Shown: piece by piece, positions 1 to 12,576 of the stretch
Numbering within the stretch: position 1 is the stretch's first letter
Layout: every line of letters begins with the position of its first letter
DNA from: Neodothiora populina
Lineage: Eukaryota
NCBI RefSeq assembly: GCF_041146345.1
Contig: NW_027191406.1
Location: forward strand, 558,001-622,000
DNA: 64,000 nt
Direction: 5' to 3'
Translations under genes and position numbers: made by a program
The notes under the pieces: model-generated
The model's input: only the letters and a program-made list of their open reading frames with translations
The model's database searches: none
What the model was told of the DNA's origin: nothing

Positions 1-1
1 T

Positions 2-1492
2 GTCACGATCCTTCAACAGCAAGTTGATTCTGCGAACGCTATGGTACGACAGAACCAAGCTGCTGCCGACTCGGCATCAGAGAAACTTCGTCGCGCAGAG
101 GAAAGGATCGCTGGTCTCGAAGCCTACCAGGAGCAGGCCAGTCGGGAAGGCTTGAGCATCAGGAAACAGCTCCAGACTGCTCTCAAAGAGGCGAAGACGC
201 TCAACGAGGAGAAGGCAGAGCTGCAACAACAGATCCAGAGCCAGCAACTCGAGACTAATGCTATCGCCGTCCAGCATGGTGCTCTGAAGAACATCCTTGC
301 CGAGCGAGGTGTCAACCCCACGGAAGCTCGCAAGTCCAGAGTTCTTGATTCACCAGCATCCCAGATGCGTTTCAGCACCCCCGACCTGCAGCGAGTGAAG
401 GAACTCGAGCAAGAGCTTGAGGCTTCGCTCAAGTCGCATGATGACATGAAAGCGCATCTCGAAGATATCCAAGATCGCGAAGGATTGACGCGTAAGGAGT
501 ACGAGGAGAAACTCACTGCGTTGGATCAAGACCATCAAGCTGCCGTCAAGTATTTGCGTGGCACGGAGAAGATGCTGAGTAAGATGAAGCAAGAGCTGCA
601 GCGGGTTAAGAACCAAGCTGTCGACTACCAGAAAGAGTTGGAGAGTTACAAGACAAGAGATGGCACAAGGAGTCAGACACCCGCCGGGTGGGAGCAGGAG
701 AGAGATGGCCTTCGACGTGACCTGGAGCGAACGCAGACAGAGTTCGAGGCAAAGATTCAGGAGCTGCATACCGAACTTGGTAGCAGGGAGAGTGATATCC
801 ACCAGTTGCGCTCTTCTCACGACAGTGCGCGTGCTGACCTCACCAGCCTGCAGGCGACTAATGCTGCGTCTCGCGCTGACCTTGAGCGTCTGCAACGCGA
901 GAACAACGTGCTAGAGGAGCGGGCTCATCTGGCGGAAAACAAAGTCAAGCTACTACTGGACCAGGTCGAGTCTTCGGTTGACAACTATCGCCGCCAATCC
1001 TCACAGCATTACAACACCAACGGATCAGGGCACCACCGAGGGTTCAGTGATTCCAGCATGACGACGGTCAATGCTCCCACACATCTGATGACTCACCGTC
1101 GCGGCGAGTCCCTGGGTGGCGACAGCATGTATTCACAGAGTATAGCACCTTCGGAAGCTGAAGGTGGCCACGACGACCTTGCGGACGGACGCAATAGCCT
1201 TGCTCTCGACAGTCTGGCATCTGAGCTCGATGCTCTGAGGTCTCATTGGGAGACAACCAACAAGAGCTACCGTCTAAGCAGCAGCGGCGGCGGTCTCGAT
1301 TACGACAAGACACCGACTAGTGGTACCGCACCCAATGAATTCGGTGGGGGCGGTCTGGCCAACTGGCGACGTGGTCTTGCCGAGGACGAAGACGAGAGCA
1401 GACCGAGCACGTCGGGTTCAGGCTCAACCAGGCACACGGTGACTCCCAACGGTAGGGGCGTAGTGAGTCCCTTTACCAGTCGTCACGAGTGA
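2..1492 (+). CDS. tea1: C-terminal coiled-coil part of a Tea1/TeaA/Kel1-like cell-end marker protein (5' part outside window)
   Basis: Frame is open from base 2 to TGA at 1492. Long heptad-rich coiled coil, ending in the motif 'ALDSLASELDALRSHWETTNKSYRLS' that I recall from Pezizomycotina Tea1/TeaA C-termini. The kelch repeats would lie upstream of the window. Confidence 0.7.
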   Translation, partial: VTILQQQVDSANAMVRQNQAAADSASEKLRRAEERIAGLEAYQEQASREGLSIRKQLQTALKEAKTLNEEKAELQQQIQSQQLETNAIAVQHGALKNILAERGVNPTEARKSRVLDSPASQMRFSTPDLQRVKELEQELEASLKSHDDMKAHLEDIQDREGLTRKEYEEKLTALDQDHQAAVKYLRGTEKMLSKMKQELQRVKNQAVDYQKELESYKTRDGTRSQTPAGWEQERDGLRRDLERTQTEFEAKIQELHTELGSRESDIHQLRSSHDSARADLTSLQATNAASRADLERLQRENNVLEERAHLAENKVKLLLDQVESSVDNYRRQSSQHYNTNGSGHHRGFSDSSMTTVNAPTHLMTHRRGESLGGDSMYSQSIAPSEAEGGHDDLADGRNSLALDSLASELDALRSHWETTNKSYRLSSSGGGLDYDKTPTSGTAPNEFGGGGLANWRRGLAEDEDESRPSTSGSGSTRHTVTPNGRGVVSPFTSRHE

Positions 1493-1814
1493 GACGAATT
1501 GCATGAGAGTGAGAGACATGAAAGAATCCCCGCAGGCTGTCCGACGACGACGGACGGTCTTTTTGCTGTAATTGTTTGTTGTCGTCGTTGTTCTTGTCGA
1601 TCGAGCATCAACCATCCCTCGAGGTGTCTTTTGGCTCACTTTATTGATTAATTGTTTTTTGTTTGCTGTTTCTGTTGCTGCAATATACCTACATTGTTTA
1701 TTTTCAGGGGTTACACTGCTAGGGGGTAAATTTATTCCCAGCTGTATTGGTTTTTTTTTGGGGAGCTCATCCAACTATCTCAAGTTTTCGATCCGGGCTC
1801 CTTTTATGTCCGGA

Positions 1815-1841
1815 TGCTGCTGCTGCTGCTGCTGCTGCTGC
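1815..1841. repeat. (TGC)9 microsatellite
   Basis: Perfect trinucleotide repeat downstream of the tea1 stop. Confidence 0.95.
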
Positions 1842-2540
1842 AAGAAGAACAAAATGTATTATACAAAAACTTTGGGAATTGCAGTGCAACGTTTCTTATG
1901 GTAGCGACACTATCTATCTTTTGAGCTCTGTGATTTGGCTTCTACCAATCCGCATGTTGTGAAGATCGGGTATTCATCAATTGGTAAAGCTGCGTGTCTT
2001 GACCAACAGGCCAGCGTACCTTGATCAGTAAGGTAGTAAAGGATGATGATTCCGGGAATGTGCTCTCGTTCACCTCTTGCTCGACAAACTTGTGTCTGAG
2101 ACTGAGTCTAATCGCCGCCGATGAGTTGGCTCGAGTAGCTCGGCTGCAATGTCGTCCGAGTAGACGTCGCCTGTCGATGCCACCTAGGTACCTTTCAGTA
2201 TCTCTTCAATGGATGGATTAATCGGTAGAGTTAGAGTAAGTATTGTCTCCATCAAGAGCACCTCAGGCAAAGACGAAAAGAACAAGTCGGAGAAAGATAA
2301 GGTAAGATAACATTCTCTCCACAAATAGCCCGTGCACTCCCCACGGACCAAGGGATTTCACATGTCTTGGGTTCGACTGCAACACTTGAGTTTACTGTAC
2401 AAGGCCAAAGTAAACAAATGCTCCGACGAAAAAACAAAAACCATCCATCCACAAAATCTAATACCCCCCTCGATATCCCCACACGAGGATTCACACATTT
2501 TTCCGATTCGAAGAGGATAAGAAGAGATCGACAACAAGCA

Positions 2541-3481
2541 ATGCCGTCACAAGCTGTTGTCCTCGAAGACGCGCTGGCGACGCTGAACACGCCCGCCGAC
2601 CTGTCGATTCTCTCGCTCGCTGAACCTATCCTGTCGTCATCGTCGTCTACTTCGGTGTCCAAAGCAGCTCGTGCGCCACTCTCTGCCACGTCGTCGTCGA
2701 ACAGTGCCGAGACAGAAAACAACGACGAGCAGAAACTCACGCCCGCGTCGCTCGATGCCGAATTGGCGCATTACAAGGATTTATTCGCCAAGTTACGGTT
2801 CTCGTACGTCGAGCAAGTGACCAAAGAGCGGTTTCTCAAGGCCATCGTGGCCGATCCGCCGGAGCTGGTGACGGCGGCGCAGAATGATGAATTGGAGGAG
2901 GAGCTCAAGGAGGCGAAAGCTACGCTGAAGAGAAAGAAGGTCGCGATGGAGGATATGATTGCTGAACTCGGGGATATGGCGCGGAGACTGGCGCAGAGTG
3001 GGTCTTTTCCGTCTACTACTCATGTCTACGGTTGAGGCTTTTTTACTGACTAGACGAAAAAGCCTACGAGATTGTGCAGCTCCAGAGCACGCAGCTGGCT
3101 ACCCTGCCGGACGAAATCGAGTATCTGGACGCCCACATCGCCTCGTTGCGCGCTGCGCAGGAACCCGCGTCTACAGATCCGGAAATGAACCTGTCGCTTC
3201 CTGCCACTCAGGCGCTCCTCTCTGAACGCGAAGCCGAGCTCGCCGAACTAGATCGTGAGTTGGCGGAGCTCCGATCTGCATTGCCCCGAAAGCAGCGCGA
3301 GGTCAAGCGTCTCGAGGCGGGATTGGGCCCGTTGGAGGAGAAGAAGAGGAAAATCGTCGACGAGGCCAAGGAGGCCAAGCGGCAACGCGGCGTCGACGGC
3401 GCCATGGCGAGGGAATTGGAGGAGAGAGGACGATGGCTGAAGGGCGTTCATGCCGGCCTGACTGCGATGCTCCAGGTCTGA
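2541..3481 (+). CDS. sos7: Kinetochore protein Sos7 (Spc7/KNL1 partner); exons 2541-2997, 3063-3481
   Basis: Motif 'HYKDLFAKLRFSYVEQVTKERFLKAIVADPP' followed by coiled coil. Intron GTGGGT..ACTGAC..AAG (2998-3062) joins the two ORFs in frame. Confidence 0.8.
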
Positions 3482-3606
3482 TCGAGGGATGTTTTCTCTT
3501 CCTGTGTGTTGCGTGCACGCGGTCTTGACGGGACGCTGCTTCGTGAGGGGTTTGGAGTTTTGTGTGTTTGGTTCTTTCCATCAGTAGATACCCACGGTTT
3601 GGTCTC

Positions 3607-4546
3607 TCAATTTGTTCTCCACGCGTCGCCGACCGTTGCCTTGGTCTCTTTCACAGCCTTTTCCGCCTTCTTCTTCTCTCTCATGATCCTCCTTGCCTCT
3701 CGAAGATCAGGCGGGATGGAAATGCCCAGCTCCCTCCTCAAATCACCCACGTCCTTCTCCAACACTTCCTCCCAGTAGACATTAATGACCTCATCCGACT
3801 TGAGTCCATTAGTGACAGCCCAAGGCAGATAAGTGTCCCAGAACCTCGTCCTCTGGTCCTTCTGCATCCTGACCACAGCAGCGAGAGAAAGCGCGGTCAT
3901 GGGCAGCAGGGTATTGGCAAACTCAAAAGCCTTGAGCGCGATCTCGCCCTCGGCAAAAACAGGCAGCCCAGTAACGGCGTGGTAAAAGTCGTGACTCTCC
4001 CTGTATCTCTGCATGACATATGCCTCTTCAGGGTCGTCGATGTAGCGCACCTGGTCGCGCGTGTCGGGCGTCACGCCCTCGCGGTCCAGCCAGGCGGCAT
4101 AGGTCCGGCCGATGGTGTCCTCGGGAAGCGTGCGCAGGTAGTCAAGAGAGAGGGTCTTGGAGGTTATGCGCGGGCGGTCACGCAGGATGCGGCGGCCGGT
4201 GGGGTTGGAGAGCATGGCGCGGCGCAGGCGCGAGATGAAGTATGGGCTGGCGGTTGCTTCGCCGAGGGACGCCACGAGATCTGCTTTATATTAGACCGAG
4301 CCTATAGAGGATAAAAAGAACCCAGGCAGATGTACCATGACGGTGGTGATTCACCATGGAGCCCACGGCTGAGCCGACTGCGAGTCCGACCCGTTCGATC
4401 ATGGTCAGAGGAACATGGCCGGGATAATTCGGTGGTGGACGACGCAAGACGGAGAAGGGCTGATTGTGTGCGGTTGGACAAGCAAACAGGTGTGCAGGCT
4501 GTATGCGTGTGGCACGCCTTGCGGTCTTTGATAATGAGATCGACAT
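3607..4546 (-). CDS. COQ4: Ubiquinone biosynthesis protein Coq4, mitochondrial; exons 4546-4336, 4280-3607
   Basis: HDxxH...E motif ('[32 protein letters not shown]'), '[11 protein letters not shown]', and an Arg-rich presequence. Intron 4335-4281 (GT..CTAAT..CAG) keeps frame. Confidence 0.95.
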
Positions 4547-5083
4547 CTATATGGCAGTGGGATAGCAAATAGTCTAAGGAAAGCAGAGTAGGAGATGAGC
4601 ATTCAGTCACAGAGATGAGCGAGACGAGCAGCCGAGGTGGAAGAGGTCCGCTTGCAGATATGCGGGGATTCTCCAGCCAAATCCTACCATATATGCAAAG
4701 CAACCCTTCATGACGTCCTGTATCGCACACTTTCACCTTGGTGGAAACATGATGGCGAATAAATATCAATCCATGATGGCGAATATCTGAAACGACTGTA
4801 TGTCCGACCATCCTTGTTTTTCTTTGTCTCCACAACCAGAGCATGTGGGCAATTGAGTGATATACGACAAAAACAAAACAACAAAAACCTCCCTTCGCCC
4901 GTCAAGCTGTCTCTCGCAATTTTCCACCACTCACCGCGACTAATACCGCGGACCTTGTCGCAATGTCAGCATCGTAGCACAACTGCTGGCCGGGCGGCCT
5001 TTTTCTCTACCGCACTCCCTTCTCCCGCGCAGTCATGGTGGAGCTCGAATCAGGAACACAGCAGCAATCCCACCCCTCAAAGC

Positions 5084-6499
5084 ATGGCGACATTCATGAG
5101 TGATGCCTCTCCTTCCACCTCACCTCCTCCTCCTCCTCCTCTTGCATCAGAAGAAGAAGAGACTCGGCCAAGCTATGATGCCAGCGAGCGCTATGCTCGA
5201 ATACCCGGCGTCCCCAGGCGGATACACATCCTAGGAACGGGAAGTGTAGGGAAGCTCGTCGCCCATTCCCTGCGCGGTATCCCGAATCCGCCTCCCATAA
5301 CCCTCATATTCCACCGGTACAGACTGCTGCACGCGTGGCGTGAGAGCAAGCAAGAAATAGTCATCGAGTCAGACGGATACAAAGTCCCGCGCTCGGGATT
5401 CGAGGTCGAGCTCGCAGTTGGCGTTTCTAGGTCACATGGCGCCCCGGACGACGGGCGCGAAGAGAGCGATACTCGAACCACCCTCCAGCCTCGACTACCT
5501 GAACACCCAAGAGAGGCGGAGACCGAGACCGAGACCGAGACCGAGGCCGAAGCTGACGCCCAAAGCAACCAAGTAGACGACGTAGACGAGCGACAACTGC
5601 GCCAGTCTGCGCCAGACGCTCCCCCGTCAGACGAACCCATCCACAACCTGATCGTCACGGTGAAAGCGCCTCACACAATCTCCGCCATACGCCCCATAAA
5701 GCACCGTCTGCTACCCACCTCGACCATCTGCTTCATCCAGAACGGAATGGGCACAATCGACGACGTCAACCGCGCTCTCTTCCCCGACCCGGCCACCCGT
5801 CCGAACTACATGCAAGGCATCCTGAACCACGGCGTCAACCAGGCCTCCGTCACAGACCCCTTCACCGCCATCCACGCCGGCCACGGCACTCTGGCCCTCG
5901 GCATCCTGCCGCGCGAAGAAGACTCTCTCTCCCTCCAAGACTCTGTCCCCTTCTCCCCCAACGCCCGCTACCTCCTGCGCACCCTGACCCGCACCCCCGT
6001 GCTCGCCGCAGTCGGCGTGCCACCCATCGACCTGATCCAACTGCAACTCGAAAAACTCGCCGTCAACAGCGTCATCAACCCACTCACCGTCCTCCTCGAC
6101 GCGCCCAACGGCAGCATCCTCTACAACTACGCCATAACGCGCAGCATGCGCCTGATCCTCGCAGAAGTGAGCCTAGTCCTGCGCTCGCTGCCCGAACTGC
6201 GCGGCCTGCCCAACGCCCACGCGCGCTTCGCCCCGGACCGGCTCGAGTCGCTCGTCGTCAACGTCGCCAACGTCACCGCAAACAACATCAGCAGCATGCT
6301 CGCCGACGTGCGCGCAGGCCGCCAGACCGAGGCCCGCTGGATCTCGGGCTATGTAGTGCGCAGAGGCGAGCAGTTGGGCTTGCAGTGCGTTTGCAATTAT
6401 ATGATGCAGCAGCTTGTGGACGGAAAGACGAAGATGGTCGAGAACGAGGCGGATGCGCAGGTCAGGGTTGAGAAGCCGGATCTGTCGGGCGAGCGATGA
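5084..6499 (+). CDS. PAN5: 2-dehydropantoate 2-reductase (PanE/ApbA; Pan5/Cbs2 family); may have a longer non-AUG N-terminus
   Basis: Rossmann motif 'IHILGTGSVG', 'LIVTVKA', 'FIQNGMG', catalytic Lys in 'EKLAVNSVINPLT' and Glu in 'SSMLADVRAGRQTE'. First in-frame ATG is 5084, but the frame is open upstream to 4814. Confidence 0.85.
   Translation: MATFMSDASPSTSPPPPPPLASEEEETRPSYDASERYARIPGVPRRIHILGTGSVGKLVAHSLRGIPNPPPITLIFHRYRLLHAWRESKQEIVIESDGYKVPRSGFEVELAVGVSRSHGAPDDGREESDTRTTLQPRLPEHPREAETETETETEAEADAQSNQVDDVDERQLRQSAPDAPPSDEPIHNLIVTVKAPHTISAIRPIKHRLLPTSTICFIQNGMGTIDDVNRALFPDPATRPNYMQGILNHGVNQASVTDPFTAIHAGHGTLALGILPREEDSLSLQDSVPFSPNARYLLRTLTRTPVLAAVGVPPIDLIQLQLEKLAVNSVINPLTVLLDAPNGSILYNYAITRSMRLILAEVSLVLRSLPELRGLPNAHARFAPDRLESLVVNVANVTANNISSMLADVRAGRQTEARWISGYVVRRGEQLGLQCVCNYMMQQLVDGKTKMVENEADAQVRVEKPDLSGER
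5519..5542 (+). repeat. (GAGACC)4 coding repeat giving an ET tract
   Basis: Perfect hexamer repeat inside an acidic insertion of the PanE-like protein. Confidence 0.9.
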
Positions 6500-7113
6500 T
6501 TGTTTCCGAACCATGCTCCTAGGACCTGTGTCCAGGCCCAGCGGATTGATATGCCGCTTTCTATCTCATGAGGAACAGTGGTTTCTGAGGAACGCACCAT
6601 TTGTCCCTGCGGGACGGTGCTGGTGGTATTGTACAAAATGACAATTGAACTCATACATTTCTTCGGCTTTCATCCTAGTGTGTAATTATGCAAATCGTCT
6701 GTGTACCTCATGCGCGAGTCTTAGCAAGCGTCGTTCCATCCATCTCGACTTTTCAGTACGTACTGCAGCATTTGAGGTAAGCACGGATACTTCCAGCGAT
6801 TTGTTCAACCCACTTTACTTCATTTCACTTCACATCGAACGCGGGAACATGTTTGTTAGAATAGTGATAGTAACAGACAAAAGACAGAAACTTCGACTTC
6901 CTCTTTTGGTTTTCATTTCTCGCTCGGTCCTTCCATGTATGTGTATATAACATCTATGCTGTATACTATTTCCCCCGAGTCGTTCTATTCTCTCGCATCC
7001 ATCGTTCTTGCTTGTTTTTATTTTGCAGATATCTTTTGGTCATCACAGGTCGCTTTATTCCTGAAAAGAAAAAGGAAGAAAAGAAACGATACACTCAGCA
7101 AACCCCCTCCCGC

Positions 7114-9031
<1,918 letters not shown>

Positions 9032-9458
9032 TTTCTCGACTGTAACCAAAATTTATGAACAGAAAAAGAGGGTCAGGAAAGAACGGAGTTGGGGGGTATC
9101 AGTATCAGAGCTGAGAGAACAAAAGCACAGAGTTAAGACCACAAGAAGAAGAGTGGGAAATATGAAAGTTAAGTACAGTCAACGATTCCCTTCTCCCTAC
9201 AAAAAAACTGTCTCTGCTGGGCAAATGTAGCCCACGCCCGCGAGATGACGATCGCGGAGCTTGGCACCTGACATTGTAGTTTCAAACGTACCCCGCTGAC
9301 GACGCCTCATTCCTCGACTGACACACATCACATTCTATCTTATCAATTATCATATTTCAGGGGAGGCAGCCGAACTGCACGGGTGCGCAAGTCGAGAGAA
9401 AGAGCTGCTGTACTCAATCTCCGACAGACCTCCCGTGCTTAAGCTGCAGTGTCAATCA

Positions 9459-9468
9459 ATCGTGTCAT
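9459..9468. promoter_or_regulatory. Candidate CYS-3/MetR bZIP site upstream of MET3
   Basis: ATCGTGTCAT matches the CYS-3 consensus ATGRYRYCAT at 9/10 positions. A weaker 8/10 match (ATGTCGTCAC, 11053-11062) lies upstream of MET16. Confidence 0.3.
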
Positions 9469-9684
9469 ATTTGAAACTACTGATTTTCTACATCAAGTCA
9501 TTTTCCAATCAAGCAGCAAGATATGGTATATAAGGGCCCCCGATATGCTTGTTTTTGTGCGCTCAGAATGCAATGTGAAGCGCCAATGGACAGATCATAC
9601 CCCAACGCCGATGCTAAAAGTGCAGAATAAATGCAAAAGGAAAACCAAGGAAGCCAAATAGCTCCAGACAACGGACCTCACCCG

Positions 9685-10632
9685 CTACACAGCTGTCTCG
9701 ATGTTCAATCCATTCTGGATGGCTTGACTCAGCTCCTCTTGTCGCTTCTTCTCTTGTTCTTGAAGGAACATGGCGTAGCGGCTCTTCTTGTTGTGAATAC
9801 CGCATTCGGTCTTGCCGCGACCCTTCCAGCGTCCAGCTCTCTCATCCTCGCCCTCGGCCACGGGCTGGGTCGAGTGCCAGTCACCAATGGACTTGTAACC
9901 CTTGGAGAGGAGTGCGTTGACCGGAACGTTGTTGGTATCGATGTATTCCTTGATTTGCTGGAACGACCAGTTCGCGAGAGGGTTGACCTTGATCATGCCC
10001 TGGTCGTCAACCTCGATGATATCGAGATCACCACGCTTGCCGCCTTGGCTTCTTCTGCGGCCGGTGATGACAGCTGCGACCTGGAGCTCGGAGTATGCAC
10101 GATTGGCAGGCTCGACCTTTGCGACGTAGTCGTAGAGCTCCTCGTTGGTCTCCCATAGTTTGTCGCCGTGCTTTGCGACAAAGTCCTCGACCGTCTCGCA
10201 GCCTTCAGGCTTGTAGGTGTGGATGGTCAGGTGAGGGTACTTCTTCTTGATGTCATCAACCAAGTCGTATGTTTCTTGAAAAGCATAAAGTGTGTCCTAA
10301 TATCTCGTTAGCAAGATTCTCAAGACCAGATGTTACGCTGATATCTTTAAACATACCAGGTAGATGAGGTCGACATTGGGCTTGATAGGTCCGTCCAGCT
10401 TCGAGACCATATCGTTGATCGCAAGCCCAGTCAGGCCAAAAGCCGTTGTCTGGTATAGGCGAGGCAGAGTGGCAATGCACCATTTCAAGATGTCTTGAGG
10501 TTCCAATTGTGACAATTGCTGGTTGATGAATTTGAGGTGTGGTCTGGAAAAGTAAACCTCTGGAAGAGTTTCACTGGAACCACCGCTGGCATAGCCAGAC
10601 TCTGCACAGTCCGAAGAGTATGAACGAGGCAT
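9685..10632 (-). CDS. MET16: PAPS reductase; exons 10632-10357, 10296-9685
   Basis: 'QTTAFGLTG', 'LDTLYAFQETY', 'TGRRRSQG', 'GYKSIGDWHST', 'ERAGRW' and C-terminal 'ECGIH'. No Fe-S cysteines, so PAPS-type rather than APS-type. Intron 10356-10297 (GTATGT..GCTAAC..TAG). Confidence 0.97.
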
Positions 10633-12576
10633 TGTGATGTATGTTTGTGATTGATTCTCGACGCTAGAGCACTCGCAATTGGGTTTGGAGTTGAAGTTGA
10701 AGAACTTGTTAGGCAATGAGAATGCGGCGAAGAGTGATGCAAGTAGAATGAAGAACGAAATCATCTGTATCCAAATAGGAGAGTTTGAACTGTGTATGTG
10801 AGCCGGCAACAGAAGCCGCTCATCGATTTCAAAGCACTTCAACTTTTTCACCACCTATGGCCTCGATGGCGTGCTCGACAATTGCGTGCTTGTGCGCGTC
10901 TGTGATTGGTTGATTCGATCAAAGACTACTACCGGATGCGTACTAGCGGCTATGCCGCGATCAACTGTCCGAAACCCAGCACGATGAACGCTCTGGATCT
11001 GGGCCCCCCGGATGACATATTTCTGTTTTTTTTGCTTCCGGCAGAACTAATCATGTCGTCACAGCACGTAAGGAATCGTAGTTGGTGCCTTGCAGGTATC
11101 AGAGCTGATTCTCGAAAAGAGATCTGACAAATGAAGGTTTACCTTCCCCTCTGCCAGATGAGCAGCCGGCGTTGTTTTGTGGGTTTGCAGAAAAAAAGCC
11201 AGCCCCAAGCGTCGCGAGCGAGCGCAGCACCGAGCACGCTCTCGCTTTGTTTTTGTTGGTCCACCAGGAAGTAGGTCGTCCTGCTGCCCGCCCCGCCCCG
11301 CCGCTCAGCTCAGCTCGCCTCTTTCTCTTTGGACCCGATCCGGAGATCGCTCCACACTGGACATTGGGTTCTTGTGGGTTCGTGTTATGTGTTGAGGCTC
11401 CTCCGTGTCGGGGGCTCCGGTCTCGCGCCGCTGCCCAAGTCACAGCCCTACCAATTATGCTACTGTGCTGCTGTGCAGTATCAGGGTCCCCACAATATCG
11501 ATGGATTGGACTTAGGCAAACGCGACGGAGTGGGACCGCGTTCCGCTTCTTCCCTCGCTCACTGTTTGTGTACAGTAACTTCGGCTCTGAAGTCTAAATT
11601 TAGGCATCATTTATGATTTCTGACATAGCTCGATGAATTGGATCTTGGATATCCATAAAATGGTTCATCTACCGCCCTTATGGGGCTATCTGCCAGCCTG
11701 CTTAACTACGATCACATCATTACTGATGTCCGCCTAGAATCGGTACCTTGGAAGACAAGACCTTGGTACAGTGTACAAGCAAATGATGTGAGAACAAGAT
11801 TGAGCACGCAAGCCCTTCGCATCATCGCACCCTTTTCGGGAAAGTTTTCTCCTCACGCGCGGGCGCGCGCGCGCGTGTCGGAGGACAAGATACCAATAAT
11901 ACAACCACTTGCGTTCTTCTCTGCTCTTCTTCCGCTCAACAACGTACCTACCTAATAACATACTTGGCCGAAAAATCTCAAAGTCGAAGATCCCATTGTG
12001 GGGTATGCGTTTTTTCCTCTTTCTGCATAGATTGCATAATCGCACGTGCTATACCTCGTCACAGCAGTGTTGCTTGCATATGTCGACACAGCGATCGGGT
12101 TGTACCCGATTGACCGGATACGGAGCTTGCATCTCAGGGTCGGCCGTCAATGGTATGGGTCTGCATACACGATATCTGAATCGTCCTCCCACACGCGTGG
12201 CACAAACTCGCTCAAACGTAATCTGCAAACTACTGTGATCTCGAGCACGAACTTCTTTGCAATCGTTACCTGTTCGTGATACTACATATGTACGTGTTGA
12301 GTGTTCACATGATCAGAACACCATGTCCCGGGCTCCACACAGTTATGTCGTCGAGAATAAGATGATATAGCAATGCCTGCAAAGCGGGTAGAGAAGATAT
12401 ATAAACCAATATACAGTAATGTGAAAGAATTGTAGATGAAAGATTACACCGCCGGCTGTGGACGAGTAATGATGGTAAGACGAAAGTGTATGTCTTCTTG
12501 GGACAGATGGCGCTAAGGGGAGACAAATGTCGAGGACGAGCACAATCAGAGCATGTCCGGCTTGACTGGAGACTCC

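Noticed and set aside
2043..2105. C/D-box snoRNA (ATGATGA...CTGA)
   Set aside because: Boxes are present, but I could not identify a terminal stem or an rRNA-complementary guide.
11440..11690. RNase MRP/P RNA assignment
   Set aside because: GTCCCC...TGGGGCT resembles helix P4, but the GAAAG element and a closing P1 helix are absent; kept only as an unassigned candidate ncRNA.
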